Shown: positions 35,909 to 45,866 of the stretch, in pieces
Numbering within the stretch: position 1 is the stretch's first letter
How the letters are laid out: each line of letters opens with the position of its first letter
Source: Alphaproteobacteria bacterium
GTDB taxonomy: Bacteria; Pseudomonadota; Alphaproteobacteria; Rs-D84
Length of the DNA: 64,000 bases
Direction: 5' to 3'
Assembly: GCA_015062525.1 (NCBI GenBank)
Contig: SUUM01000001.1
Coordinates: forward strand, 132,931 to 196,930
Notes under the pieces: model-generated
The model's input: only the letters and a program-made list of their open reading frames with translations
What the model was told of the DNA's origin: nothing
The model's database searches: none
Position numbers and translations under genes: made by a program

Positions 35909-36870
35909 CGCGACTTAACCATTATATCACCAATCTCGCTTAATACCGCACGCACATTTGTCGCAGTATCTGTTTGACAGGCGGCGCACCCAACATTCGC
36001 ACGCTTAATCATCCCCGTCAACGTACGTCCAGGTCCCAATTCATATGCACGTGTAATATTATATGTCGGGAATGTTTCCATTATATCCAACCAACGCACA
36101 CCATGCGTCATTTGATTACACAAGGCATCACGAACATCACGTGGATTAGACATAAATTGTGCGGTCTGATTTGAATACCAATTTGTTTTTGGCGCATCAA
36201 ATTGAATCTTTTCCATACGCGCCCGCAGTAATTTTTCAGCACCACTCATCAACGCACAATGCGCCGGCACAGACACATTTAATCGTTTTGCGATACGCGC
36301 ACCACGACGGCGTGCCGATTCCACAATCGCATCCAAAGCCGCGTTATGCCCGCTTATTACGAATTGATCCGCCGCATTATGATTTGAAATTTGCGCATAC
36401 CCCAATCCTGCGGCTTCAACCATACATTGTGCAATTTCATCCTTGGACAACCCGACAATTGCCGCCATACCACCGGCACCTGCAACATCTTGCATATAAG
36501 CGGCACGCGCCGCCAACATTTGAACAGCATCATCCATTTTCATACTGCCCACGCAATGCAACGCAGAATATTGCCCCATTGAATGTCCCGCCATAGCATA
36601 TGCAAGTGTGTGCAATGGCACGCCATACTCGCTTTCAATAATGTTCGCAATTGCAACTGAATGCGCAAACGTTGCAAGTGATGTATTTTCTGGTTTATTC
36701 AGTTCATTCTGCGAACCATTAAAACAAATTTTGGTCATATCACGCTTTGCAATATCAGACACCTGTTCAAAAACATAGCGTGCCGTTGCAAAATCACGAA
36801 ACAAATCTGCGCCCATACCAACGTATTGCGCACCTTGACCCGGAAAAACAAAAATTATTTTATCTGACAT
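35905..36870 (-). CDS. fabD: Malonyl CoA-ACP transacylase
   Basis: It has the motifs FPGQGAQ and GHSMGQYSA. Confidence 0.92.
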   Translation of the reverse strand: MSDKIIFVFPGQGAQYVGMGADLFRDFATARYVFEQVSDIAKRDMTKICFNGSQNELNKPENTSLATFAHSVAIANIIESEYGVPLHTLAYAMAGHSMGQYSALHCVGSMKMDDAVQMLAARAAYMQDVAGAGGMAAIVGLSKDEIAQCMVEAAGLGYAQISNHNAADQFVISGHNAALDAIVESARRRGARIAKRLNVSVPAHCALMSGAEKLLRARMEKIQFDAPKTNWYSNQTAQFMSNPRDVRDALCNQMTHGVRWLDIMETFPTYNITRAYELGPGRTLTGMIKRANVGCAACQTDTATNVRAVLSEIGDIMVKSR

Positions 36871-36947
36871 ACTATCATAAAATTAACACAAAATAAATTA
36901 TTGTCAAATAAAATCAACCCTACCCGGCCCCTTGCTTGGTAAAAAAT

Positions 36948-37043
36948 AAAAGATAATGGTATAGATATGGACAGTGCCGCCCCCGTAGTGTACAGACGCT
37001 ACATAAGGGGACGGCACCGTTCATAGATATGCCATTAGATTTT
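36948..37043 (-). repeat. Long-hairpin repeat family, copy A
   Basis: It has the left flank AAAGATAATGGTATAGATA, a stem pairing GTGCCGCCCC with GGGGACGGCAC, the core GTAGTGTACAGACGCTACATAA and the right flank TAGATATGCCATTAGATTT. Confidence 0.8.
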
Positions 37044-37065
37044 ATTGAAAATAAATTAGAATGTG

Positions 37066-37136
37066 CCAGATGCACGCAGTGGGTGTGGCGTAGTGTACAA
37101 GTCACTACATGAGCCACACCCACCGCGTGCAGATGG
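37066..37136 (-). repeat. Long-hairpin repeat family, copy B
   Basis: It has an 18-bp stem (GCACGCAGTGGGTGTGGC / GCCACACCCACCGCGTGC) with one mismatch, the core GTAGTGTACAAGTCACTACATGA and AGAT/AGAT at the base. Confidence 0.8.
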
Positions 37137-37160
37137 ACCGTTATAATTTATTTATATTTT

Positions 37161-37901
37161 TTAGAACAAGATATTTATCTTGAATCCTACCTGTGCATCA
37201 TCTGATTCAAATTCATAGTCAATATGCCCTACATACTGTGTACGCCCATATTGACGAACCAATTTCATATGCAACCATTCCTGATCATAGTCTTTGCCAG
37301 TTTGCATATCCTTATGCGTCGCCTTACGAATTGTCAACCCCGCACCAATTCGCCAGTCTGGTGCAATACGAAAATATGATTCAGGGGTAAAATCTAATAA
37401 CGCCATACCACGCAAATCATCAAACACCCATGTTGATTTAATTGTCGCAGCCAATGTCATACCCGCCCATTGACGCCCCATACGCAACCCAACATAGTAC
37501 GTAGAATCAGCATAATCCGGCGTACGCACGCGATGACTGCCCCCAAATTTGAATCCAAACAACACATCCGATATTTTACGTGATTTTTTACCATTGGCCA
37601 TCCCCACACGATAAACACCACCCAAATCAATCGCGGCAAAACCATCTTCGGGTCCATTAAAGTCATGCTGATATCGAACATTTGCACCAATCGCCAAACG
37701 ATTATTCATTCCATATGACAACGATTGACCCATGCCCAAAATATGATCCCAATAAGAAATCGAAGACTGTGTCAAAATCTCTTCTATGCTCTGCAAGAAC
37801 AATGGATCCGACGTATCAGTTGAAACTTCATTTGCACGCGCAAATGATGGCGTTGCCATCACCCCCAACAAACCCAAAACCGATAAAAATTTACGCATCA
37901 A
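37161..37901 (-). CDS. Outer-membrane beta-barrel protein, hypothetical
   Basis: It has a signal peptide, amphipathic beta-strands and a C-terminal ...FKINILF. Confidence 0.55.
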   Translation of the reverse strand: MMRKFLSVLGLLGVMATPSFARANEVSTDTSDPLFLQSIEEILTQSSISYWDHILGMGQSLSYGMNNRLAIGANVRYQHDFNGPEDGFAAIDLGGVYRVGMANGKKSRKISDVLFGFKFGGSHRVRTPDYADSTYYVGLRMGRQWAGMTLAATIKSTWVFDDLRGMALLDFTPESYFRIAPDWRIGAGLTIRKATHKDMQTGKDYDQEWLHMKLVRQYGRTQYVGHIDYEFESDDAQVGFKINILF

Positions 37902-37911
37902 TCCCCCCCTA

Positions 37912-37947
37912 AGAAAATAAATACTGTCCCCGATTACACCGGGGACA
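37912..37947 (-). terminator. Terminator after the OMP gene 37960-39234
   Basis: The hairpin TGTCCCCG-ATTACA-CCGGGGACA has a T-rich tail on the minus strand. Confidence 0.45.
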
Positions 37948-37959
37948 TTTAATCAGAAA

Positions 37960-39234
37960 TTAGAACTGGAACATTACCTGCAAACCAATTTTTGTTTCTG
38001 CATAGTTATCCAATTCAACCGTACCAATCTTGGTCAAAGAATCCAGATAAAACTCTGTACCGTCTGCCGCCTGGGCCTTAATGTTTGGTTCCATCCAGTA
38101 CAAATCTAAATTCTTGCCATCGACACTGTCATAAAACGCCACCTTGGCATATAAATTCAATGCGAACAAATCATTTGGTTGCCACCCAATAGCACCCTTG
38201 ATATTCGCCTGGTTATGCCAATCATAATCACCGAAAACGGCTTCTACATTCAATGTCCAATCTTCGTTCAGCACGCTGAAGACACCTAACCCAGCCTCCA
38301 GATACGTAACATTGCTGTCCCCGACCTGATATGGGATGTACATCATGGCATCACCATCAATACCATTACCATATGTATTGCCATCCAGGTCCAAATACCA
38401 ACCGCGTGCCAAACCATAAATAGTTGATTTTGACACCTTGTACCCACCCTTTAATTCGATCAAGAAGTTATTGGAAATATCTTTCTGGTGCTGGAAGTAT
38501 GCCGACGCAGTTGCAATCCATTCATCTGTATCAACGAAACGCCACTGTGGGCCAAACCCAAACAGATTCAAACCATCGTCATCCATTTTATCATCTGGCC
38601 AATTACCATCCCATTCAAACTTGTATTCATTCATATCATACTGCAACATCCCCAAAATGGCGACGCGATCTGTAATACCATAACTGAAATCTTCTTTGAT
38701 TGAAAAACCGGTTGTATCCCATTTTCCACCCAATCCATTAAATATATTTTGATATTCCGACGCATTTTTATTCCACACGGGCAATGTCTGACTAATTGTA
38801 AAATCATACGAACTGTTATTATAAGACAAATCAGTATGCGACCCGAACATCCCACCCAGTGGCTGATAGAACGGATGTGCCAAGAAATATTTACGACGCA
38901 TTTTATTCACGATTTTTTCAGAACGTGTTGTACGTTGCGTTGTTTTTGTTACGCGCGCGGACGAAGAATTTGCCCCTTCGTACTGTTTATACAGCGCACT
39001 GCGATTTTGTGGTTTTGTATAATACAAATCACCCGCATCCTTGGATTCATATGTCTTGGTCAGCGTACGTGTCTGATATTTTTCATAGTTAACTTTTTCA
39101 CGAGTCCGCGTAGCGGGCGCGCCCGACAAATCGACACTGGACCCTGCGCGTGTACCCCAATTTGTGGCTGCATCCGCACTTACTGCACCCAACGCCACCA
39201 ACAAACCCACAAAAACTGATAAAGATTTTTTCAT
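37960..39234 (-). CDS. Outer-membrane beta-barrel protein (porin-like), hypothetical
   Basis: It has the signal peptide MKKSLSVFVGLLVALGAVSADA and a beta-strand-rich sequence that ends ...QVMFQF. I trimmed the ORF track start, which overlaps ftsK. Confidence 0.6.
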   Translation of the reverse strand: MKKSLSVFVGLLVALGAVSADAATNWGTRAGSSVDLSGAPATRTREKVNYEKYQTRTLTKTYESKDAGDLYYTKPQNRSALYKQYEGANSSSARVTKTTQRTTRSEKIVNKMRRKYFLAHPFYQPLGGMFGSHTDLSYNNSSYDFTISQTLPVWNKNASEYQNIFNGLGGKWDTTGFSIKEDFSYGITDRVAILGMLQYDMNEYKFEWDGNWPDDKMDDDGLNLFGFGPQWRFVDTDEWIATASAYFQHQKDISNNFLIELKGGYKVSKSTIYGLARGWYLDLDGNTYGNGIDGDAMMYIPYQVGDSNVTYLEAGLGVFSVLNEDWTLNVEAVFGDYDWHNQANIKGAIGWQPNDLFALNLYAKVAFYDSVDGKNLDLYWMEPNIKAQAADGTEFYLDSLTKIGTVELDNYAETKIGLQVMFQF

Positions 39235-39313
39235 AATAAACAACTCCTTTTGGACCAAATTATACCATATTTCCTGCACATAAAAAAGAACAAAAAACCA
39301 TACCCTATCACTT

Positions 39314-41605
39314 TTACAGTATATGTCTTTTATTATTCGCATCAGGCGCAGACACAATCCCATCCTGTTCCATGCGTTCCATAAAGCCCGCAGCCTTGTT
39401 ATAGCCAATCTGCAAACGACGCTGAATATATGAAATGGTTGGCTTTTTATCACGAATAACACATTCTTTGGCGCGTTCATACAGGTCGGCTTCTTTATCC
39501 GCCCCGCCACCGCCCGGTATTGCGCCGGGAATGCCGGCCACATCTGCGCCCGCACCTTCGCCGTCCTCGTCCGTTACACCATCAACATATTCCGGCGCAC
39601 CCTGTGAACGCAGAAAATCACCAATTCGCGTTAATTCATTATCATCAATAAACGCACCGTGTATGCGCACCGGCACGCGTCCTGCCTCGCTAAACAGCAT
39701 ATCACCACACGCCAACAATTGTTCCGCACCACCTTCGCCCAGACATGTCACACTGTCGATACGACTGCGCGCCTGGAATGAAACACGCGTTGGGAAATTA
39801 GCCTTGATAACACCGGTAATTGTTGTTGCGTCTGGTCGTTGTGTCGCCATCACCAGGTGAATACCCGCCGCACGCGCCTTTTGCGCAATACGCTGAACAC
39901 AGGCCTCTACATCCTTGCGCGCCAGGCTCATAAGGTCCGCCACCTCGTCAATAACGATAACGATATATGGAATATCAGACAAATCTATTTCCTGGGTTTC
40001 GAACAATAATTCACCGGTTTCTGGGTCTGTACCCACGGCAACTTGCTTGGTCAATTTTTCGCCCGCCGCGCGTTTTTCAGCCGCTATTTCATTATAACTT
40101 TCGATATTGCGTGCGTTCAGAACCTGCAATTGTTTATAACGTTCTTCCATTTCGCGCACCGCCCATTTCAGTGCGTTCACAGCCGCCGCCGGATCCAATT
40201 TTACAATCGGTGTAATCAGGTGTGGAATATCATCCCAGAATCCAAAGTCCACACCCTTGGGGTCGATAATCATCAACTTGCACTTATCGGGTGTAAAGTG
40301 ATAAACAATCGATGTAATGATTGATTGCACGAACACAGACTTACCCGAACCCGTGCGCCCTGCGATTAACATATGCGGCATTTTTGCCAAATCAAAATAC
40401 ATTGGATTTCCGCCAATATTCACCCCCAACGCCAGCGGGATTTTGTATTTAGTATCAACAAAAGTATCCGATTCCATCAAACTGCGATAACGCACGGTCT
40501 GACGGGTCACATTTACCATTTCGACGCCAATATAACTAGTACTTGGGATATGGGCGATACGAATATTTTCGGTCGCCATGGCGCGTGTCATATCCTTGAC
40601 CGTTTTAGTAATATCCGCAATACGCATACCCGTATCAGGTTCAAATTCATACAGTGTTACAATGGGTCCCGGCTTAATTCCCATAACCCGACCAAAGACC
40701 CCATATTCAGCAAAATGCGTTTCCATATTTCGTGCATTTTGCTTCAATTCCGGCGTTACCGCACATTTACTGAACAAAGATTTTTCCAGCAATTTTGGGT
40801 CCGGCAATTGATATTGAGATGTCGCGCGCACACGTTTTGGTGCCACCGCAACGGGCGCGGGCGTTGCAACCACCGTGGCCTTTTTCGGCGCGCGACGTGA
40901 TAAAAACCCACGACGTTGCTTTTTTGGTTGTTCTGTTTCTTCTTCCTGGCTGTCGTCTTCTGCGACATCTTCTGCCTCATCATATTCCATCGCCGCAACT
41001 GGTGTCGTCAGATGGAATGCCGCCGCCACGGCACGTATCGTACGCCATGCAATCTGCAGCGCGCCACGCACATGCGCCCATTTAATGTGTAATAAACTGC
41101 CCCCCATCCAGAAAAAGCCAACCAAACACAAAATCCCCACGACCAGGGCACCACCACCCATAATCGCCCCCAGGTCATTTGCGACAATTGCCCCAAAAAT
41201 TCCGCCAAACGCACGCGCCGGCATAATCAGTCCAAAACCAGCCGCCCCCAAACACACCGCAATAAACCCACGCAAAAAATTATATTCAGGCGACACATCC
41301 CCACGCAACGCAATCGCGCGCATAAAACCCCAACGCGCCACACACAGAAATACAAACAACCCCGGAACCGCCCCGATTGCGTACCGAACAAAACCAACAA
41401 CATGCCCCGCAACGGACTGGTCGCCGAACGTACCCGACGCCCCAAACCCCGACAAATAAGGGTCATAAAACAGCATTGCGAAAACCGCCCACACACCGCC
41501 CACGCACACCAGCGCACCAAACACGCGCGCCACAAAAGCCTTTAATACGCCGGAAATACTGTCCGGCAAAAATTTATTTGAATTCTTTCCTGCCATAACA
41601 GTCAT
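39314..41605 (-). CDS. ftsK: DNA translocase FtsK
   Basis: It has N-terminal TM helices, a linker, a motor domain with the Walker A motif GRTGSGKS and a gamma winged-helix tail. Confidence 0.95.
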   Translation of the reverse strand: MTVMAGKNSNKFLPDSISGVLKAFVARVFGALVCVGGVWAVFAMLFYDPYLSGFGASGTFGDQSVAGHVVGFVRYAIGAVPGLFVFLCVARWGFMRAIALRGDVSPEYNFLRGFIAVCLGAAGFGLIMPARAFGGIFGAIVANDLGAIMGGGALVVGILCLVGFFWMGGSLLHIKWAHVRGALQIAWRTIRAVAAAFHLTTPVAAMEYDEAEDVAEDDSQEEETEQPKKQRRGFLSRRAPKKATVVATPAPVAVAPKRVRATSQYQLPDPKLLEKSLFSKCAVTPELKQNARNMETHFAEYGVFGRVMGIKPGPIVTLYEFEPDTGMRIADITKTVKDMTRAMATENIRIAHIPSTSYIGVEMVNVTRQTVRYRSLMESDTFVDTKYKIPLALGVNIGGNPMYFDLAKMPHMLIAGRTGSGKSVFVQSIITSIVYHFTPDKCKLMIIDPKGVDFGFWDDIPHLITPIVKLDPAAAVNALKWAVREMEERYKQLQVLNARNIESYNEIAAEKRAAGEKLTKQVAVGTDPETGELLFETQEIDLSDIPYIVIVIDEVADLMSLARKDVEACVQRIAQKARAAGIHLVMATQRPDATTITGVIKANFPTRVSFQARSRIDSVTCLGEGGAEQLLACGDMLFSEAGRVPVRIHGAFIDDNELTRIGDFLRSQGAPEYVDGVTDEDGEGAGADVAGIPGAIPGGGGADKEADLYERAKECVIRDKKPTISYIQRRLQIGYNKAAGFMERMEQDGIVSAPDANNKRHIL

Positions 41606-41623
41606 ATTCTATCACAAATTTAA

Positions 41624-41664
41624 CAAAAAAAACAGGCGATAATCTTATCGCCTGACTTTTTTTC
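41624..41664. terminator. Bidirectional terminator-like hairpin
   Basis: CAGGCGATAA-TC-TTATCGCCTG is flanked by A8 and T7. Confidence 0.6.
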
Positions 41665-41670
41665 ACTCAA

Positions 41671-42114
41671 TTAACGAGTAGGAACTTTTTCATGCACCGC
41701 AAAAGTTTCAGGACGTTGGAACGACTTCACAAATGCACCAAGGACATTACTCGCATTTTCAATTTTCATTTGTTTCAATGCATCCAACAACTTCTTTTGC
41801 GCACCTTCTCGTTCAAAATCAAAATCACTATACAACTTTGGCAGTTCATTAAACATAAACCTGCTATAAAGCAAATAAACTCTATTATTATCCCCACGCA
41901 ACATCAATGCATCGGCCGGCACCACCAAACCATCTTTTTGTCGGATACTATAATCTGCATACTTACGCGGATTTTTTGCCACTGCGCTTACACACCTTAT
42001 AGCCTCATCAACACACTTCAATTCCTCTTTATCCTTTACAGTCTGTCTGCGTTTATTCAAAAACACAATCATTTCCGCAAAGAACTTCTGTAATGTTTCA
42101 TCATAATTAACCAT
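41671..42114 (-). CDS. Hypothetical protein (147 aa)
   Basis: It is an ORF with a terminator downstream and no recognisable motif. Confidence 0.4.
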   Translation of the reverse strand: MVNYDETLQKFFAEMIVFLNKRRQTVKDKEELKCVDEAIRCVSAVAKNPRKYADYSIRQKDGLVVPADALMLRGDNNRVYLLYSRFMFNELPKLYSDFDFEREGAQKKLLDALKQMKIENASNVLGAFVKSFQRPETFAVHEKVPTR

Positions 42115-42264
42115 TTCAAACTCCTTTGGTTCAGTTCAAACAACTCACACCCTTTAATATAGACAAAACACAACAAAATGTCAATACTTTCTCATAAAAA
42201 AGTTGAAAATTCATATAAATAGGTATAACCTATACCGGAAAAACTAATAAAATGGGGCAAACAG

Positions 42265-44097
42265 ATGAAAATTCGCAATATTGCAATTATTGCACACGTT
42301 GACCATGGAAAAACGACCCTGGTTGACAATATGTTAAAACAGGCGGGCACATTCCGCGAAAACGAACGCGTTGATGAACGCGTAATGGACAGTGGCGATA
42401 TCGAACGCGAACGCGGCATTACCATTTCCGCCAAACCAACGTCAATCCAATGGGGCGAATACAAAATTAACATTGTGGACACACCGGGCCACGCCGACTT
42501 TGGTGGCGAAGTTGAACGCATTTTGTCCATGGTTGACGGCGTAGTTCTGTTGGTGGACAGTGCCGAAGGTCCCCTGCCCCAAACAAAATTTGTATTGTCC
42601 AAGGCATTAAAACTGGGGCTGCGTCCAATTGTTTGTATTAACAAGGTTGACCGTTCTGACGCCCGCCCAGACGAAGTATTGTCTGAAACATTCGATTTGT
42701 TTGATAAACTGGGCGCAACGGATTCCCAACTGGATTTCCCATACCTGTATTCTGTTGGTCGCGACGGTTGGGCTGTGCGTGATTTGAACGACGAACGCAA
42801 GGATTTAACCCCGCTGTTCCAGTTAATCGTTGACCACGTCCCGGCCCCTGACTGTAATGGCGCACGTTGCCAATTGGACGCACCATTTACAATGTTGGCC
42901 ACAACACTGGAAGCAGACCCATACGTTGGTCGTATTTTAACCGGTAAAATTGAATCCGGCACCGTGCGCGTTGGCCAATCGGTCAAGGCCATTAACCGCA
43001 ATGGCGAATTTATCGAAAACGCAAAAATCACAAAAATCATTGAACACCGTGGCGTAGAAAAGGTTTCACGCGACACCGCATCTGCCGGCGACATTGTTGT
43101 GATTGCGGGTTTCAGCAAAGCCACCGTGGCGGACACCCTGTGTGATTTATCGGTTAACGAACCAATCCCGGCCATGCCAATTGACCCACCAACCCTGACG
43201 ATGACATTCTTTGTGAACACGTCGCCATTGGCGGGTAAATCGGGCAAAAAATTAACATCACGCATGATTGGCGAACGCTTGTTCAAAGAAGCCGAAACAA
43301 ACATCGCCCTGCGCGTTGAACAAAGTGAAAATAACGAAGCATTCGAAGTATCTGGTCGTGGCGAATTACAACTGGGGATTTTAATTGAAACAATGCGTCG
43401 CGAAGGTTTTGAACTGTCCGTATCACGTCCACGCGTTGTAATGCAATTGGACGAAAACGGAAACCGCCTGGAACCAATCGAAGACGTAGTAATCGACGTG
43501 GACGACGAATTTTCCGGTGTTGTTATTGAAAAAATGACCAAGCGCAAGGCCACAATATCTGAAATGAAGGCATCTGGCGCCGGCAAAACACGCATAGTAT
43601 TTTCTGCCCCATCGCGTGGATTGATTGGTTATCTGTCGGAATTTCGCACCGACACACGTGGCACAGGTATTATGAACCGCGTATTTGATAAATACGATTT
43701 ATATCGTGGCCCAATCCAGCAATATCGCCCGGGCGTTCTGGTATCCATGGAAAAGGGAAATGCCGCAACATACGCGCTGTTTAACCTGCAGCCACGCGGC
43801 ACATTGTTCATCGACCCACAAACCGAGGTTTATTCCGGCATGATTATCGGCGAACACAGCAAAGAAAACGACCTGGAAGTAAATCCGGTCAAGGGCAAAG
43901 AATTAACCAACATGCGTTCTGTTACGGCGGATGAAAAGTTATTCCTGGCACCACCACGTCGCATTTCCTTAGAGGAAGCGCTGTCCTATATCCTGGACGA
44001 TGAATTGGTAGAGGTCACACCCGCCACCATCCGTCTGCGCAAACGTGAACTGGACAGCAACACACGCAAAAAATTAAAGAAACACGTCGAAGAATAA
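42265..44097 (+). CDS. typA: Translational GTPase TypA/BipA
   Basis: It has the G1 motif AHVDHGKTT and the G3 motif DTPGH, and is BipA-like over 610 aa. Confidence 0.95.
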   Translation: MKIRNIAIIAHVDHGKTTLVDNMLKQAGTFRENERVDERVMDSGDIERERGITISAKPTSIQWGEYKINIVDTPGHADFGGEVERILSMVDGVVLLVDSAEGPLPQTKFVLSKALKLGLRPIVCINKVDRSDARPDEVLSETFDLFDKLGATDSQLDFPYLYSVGRDGWAVRDLNDERKDLTPLFQLIVDHVPAPDCNGARCQLDAPFTMLATTLEADPYVGRILTGKIESGTVRVGQSVKAINRNGEFIENAKITKIIEHRGVEKVSRDTASAGDIVVIAGFSKATVADTLCDLSVNEPIPAMPIDPPTLTMTFFVNTSPLAGKSGKKLTSRMIGERLFKEAETNIALRVEQSENNEAFEVSGRGELQLGILIETMRREGFELSVSRPRVVMQLDENGNRLEPIEDVVIDVDDEFSGVVIEKMTKRKATISEMKASGAGKTRIVFSAPSRGLIGYLSEFRTDTRGTGIMNRVFDKYDLYRGPIQQYRPGVLVSMEKGNAATYALFNLQPRGTLFIDPQTEVYSGMIIGEHSKENDLEVNPVKGKELTNMRSVTADEKLFLAPPRRISLEEALSYILDDELVEVTPATIRLRKRELDSNTRKKLKKHVEE

Positions 44098-44102
44098 AAT
44101 AG

Positions 44103-44128
44103 CACCCCTCAATGGGGTGTTATTTTTT
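44103..44128 (+). terminator. typA terminator
   Basis: CACCCC-TCAAT-GGGGTG is followed by T6. Confidence 0.65.
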
Positions 44129-44182
44129 GTTATCGGTGATTTGTTGCAAAATAAAACAAAAACATATACATTATAAATCAAG

Positions 44183-45034
44183 ATGACACAAAAACGTTTA
44201 TTTCTATTCGCCGGCTATAATAAAAATGGCATGATTGACGATGCATTGATTTATTATATTCGCGCACTAAAAAAATTTGGCGACATTATTCTGTGCATGG
44301 ATTCAGACACCCCGAATTCAGAACTGGAAAAAGCCCGAAAATACTGCGTACACACAATCGGCAACCGACACGGCGAATATGATTTTGGTTCATATAAACG
44401 CGCATATATTTGGGCGACTGAAAATCTAAGATTATCCAACTATGATTTTATGTACCTGGTCAATGATTCTGTGTACGGTCCATTGTGCGATATGACATCA
44501 TATTTTGCCCGCATGGAATCATTACCATGTGATGCGTTTGGCATGGCACAAAAGCGGCATAAAACACGCGCCCACATACAATCATGGTTTATCGGTCTGC
44601 GCGCATCAGTATTTCGCACTGAATGGTTTGATGATTTTATGCAAAGTATCACTAAACTGGTCAGCAAGACCCAAATCACAATTGAATATGAACACGGTCT
44701 GTCCCACATGATAACCAATAATGGGCTAAAATGGTGCGGTCTTTATTCGGTATTCAACCGCGACATCTACAACGGCGTAGCCAAGGTATTTCGTGCCGGC
44801 ATCCCTTTTATAAAAAAAGACGCATTCGTTCGCCACAATGGCATACTGGGGTCCCAAATTGTATATGTATTGAAACACACCACCCCACACGCTCGAAATG
44901 CAATTTTGCATTCTGCCCGCGCCCAGTATGGAAACGAATATATTAACTGGCTTTTGACCAAAAATCCGTTTAAGATAATATTCAGGGGCATTAAGCATAC
45001 AACCCAAAAACTGTTCAAACGGGGGCATAAATAA
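44183..45034 (+). CDS. Rhamnan-synthesis protein F (RgpF)-like polysaccharide biosynthesis protein
   Basis: It has RgpF-like motifs (FAGYNKNG..., YDFGSYK, YLVNDSVYGP, HIQSWF). Confidence 0.5.
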   Translation: MTQKRLFLFAGYNKNGMIDDALIYYIRALKKFGDIILCMDSDTPNSELEKARKYCVHTIGNRHGEYDFGSYKRAYIWATENLRLSNYDFMYLVNDSVYGPLCDMTSYFARMESLPCDAFGMAQKRHKTRAHIQSWFIGLRASVFRTEWFDDFMQSITKLVSKTQITIEYEHGLSHMITNNGLKWCGLYSVFNRDIYNGVAKVFRAGIPFIKKDAFVRHNGILGSQIVYVLKHTTPHARNAILHSARAQYGNEYINWLLTKNPFKIIFRGIKHTTQKLFKRGHK

Positions 45035-45035
45035 A

Positions 45036-45866
45036 ATGACCAAACGAATCGCCGCAATCACAATGGCACGAAACGACACATTCTTTTTATCGCGCTGGAT
45101 TGAATATTACGGTCGTGAAATCGGCACTGAAAATTTGTATATTTATCTGGATGGCACGGACCAGGAAATCCCAAAAAACGCGGGCGCGGCCCACATAACA
45201 AAACTACCGCACACCGATATGTCGCGCGCCGCGGGCGACAAATATCGCATTGGAAAAATGTCTGCTTTGGCATCTGACTTGTTCAAGAAATATGACATTG
45301 TCATCGGCTGTGATTGCGATGAATTTTTAATTGTGGACCCTGCCCTGGGTACAACACTTGCGGATTATTTATCACACAAAAAAATAAACACAACATTGTC
45401 GGGCCTGGGGCTAGATGTGGGTCAGCATATGACACACGAAAAATCATTGGACACATCCAAACCATTTTTGACCCAGCGTGCATATGCCCTTTTATCCACA
45501 CGATATACAAAACCCGTTGTAATAAATCGCCCCGTCCGCTGGGGGTCTGGCTTTCACAGCATAAGCGGCCATAATTTCCACATTGACCCGAATTTATATT
45601 TATTGCACTTTGGCGCAGTTGATATGGACATGCTGGTGGCAAAGGCCGCGGCGCGCGGTCCTGACTGGGTCAATCACCTGCGTCGGCGTGGCAACGGCAC
45701 AATAAACGACATTACAAATCGTCCGGCACATGGCGAAAAATGGCTAAAAATTGCCCGCGTTATGCAACGCATATTCCGCCCAATTTACGCATGGGACAAA
45801 CCCGGCATGTTGGGGATAAAACGTATCGTAAAAATTCCGGAACGATTTCAAAAATCGGGGGTATGA
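45036..45866 (+). CDS. Glycosyltransferase (GT2/GT92-like fold)
   Basis: It has MARNDTFFLSRWIEYY and a DxD-like motif (GCDCDEF). Confidence 0.45.
   Translation: MTKRIAAITMARNDTFFLSRWIEYYGREIGTENLYIYLDGTDQEIPKNAGAAHITKLPHTDMSRAAGDKYRIGKMSALASDLFKKYDIVIGCDCDEFLIVDPALGTTLADYLSHKKINTTLSGLGLDVGQHMTHEKSLDTSKPFLTQRAYALLSTRYTKPVVINRPVRWGSGFHSISGHNFHIDPNLYLLHFGAVDMDMLVAKAAARGPDWVNHLRRRGNGTINDITNRPAHGEKWLKIARVMQRIFRPIYAWDKPGMLGIKRIVKIPERFQKSGV

Noticed and set aside
36948-37136. The hairpin family interpreted as a CRISPR array or as integron attC sites.
   Set aside because: There are no regularly spaced direct repeats or spacers and no cas genes. For attC, the R''/R' consensus (RYYYAAC/GTTRRRY) is absent. 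Conservation lies in the apex and the base mismatches rather than only at the base. No integron integrase is present.
39235-39555. The N-terminal extension of the 531-aa OMP ORF in the ORF track.
   Set aside because: The extension overlaps the 3' end of ftsK and has no signal peptide. An internal ATG at 39234 gives a canonical signal peptide (MKKSLSVFVGLLVALGAVSADA).
42192-43595. A 467-aa minus-strand ORF.
   Set aside because: It is entirely antisense to typA/bipA, which has textbook GTPase motifs. The Ser/Arg/Pro-rich translation is typical of a shadow ORF.
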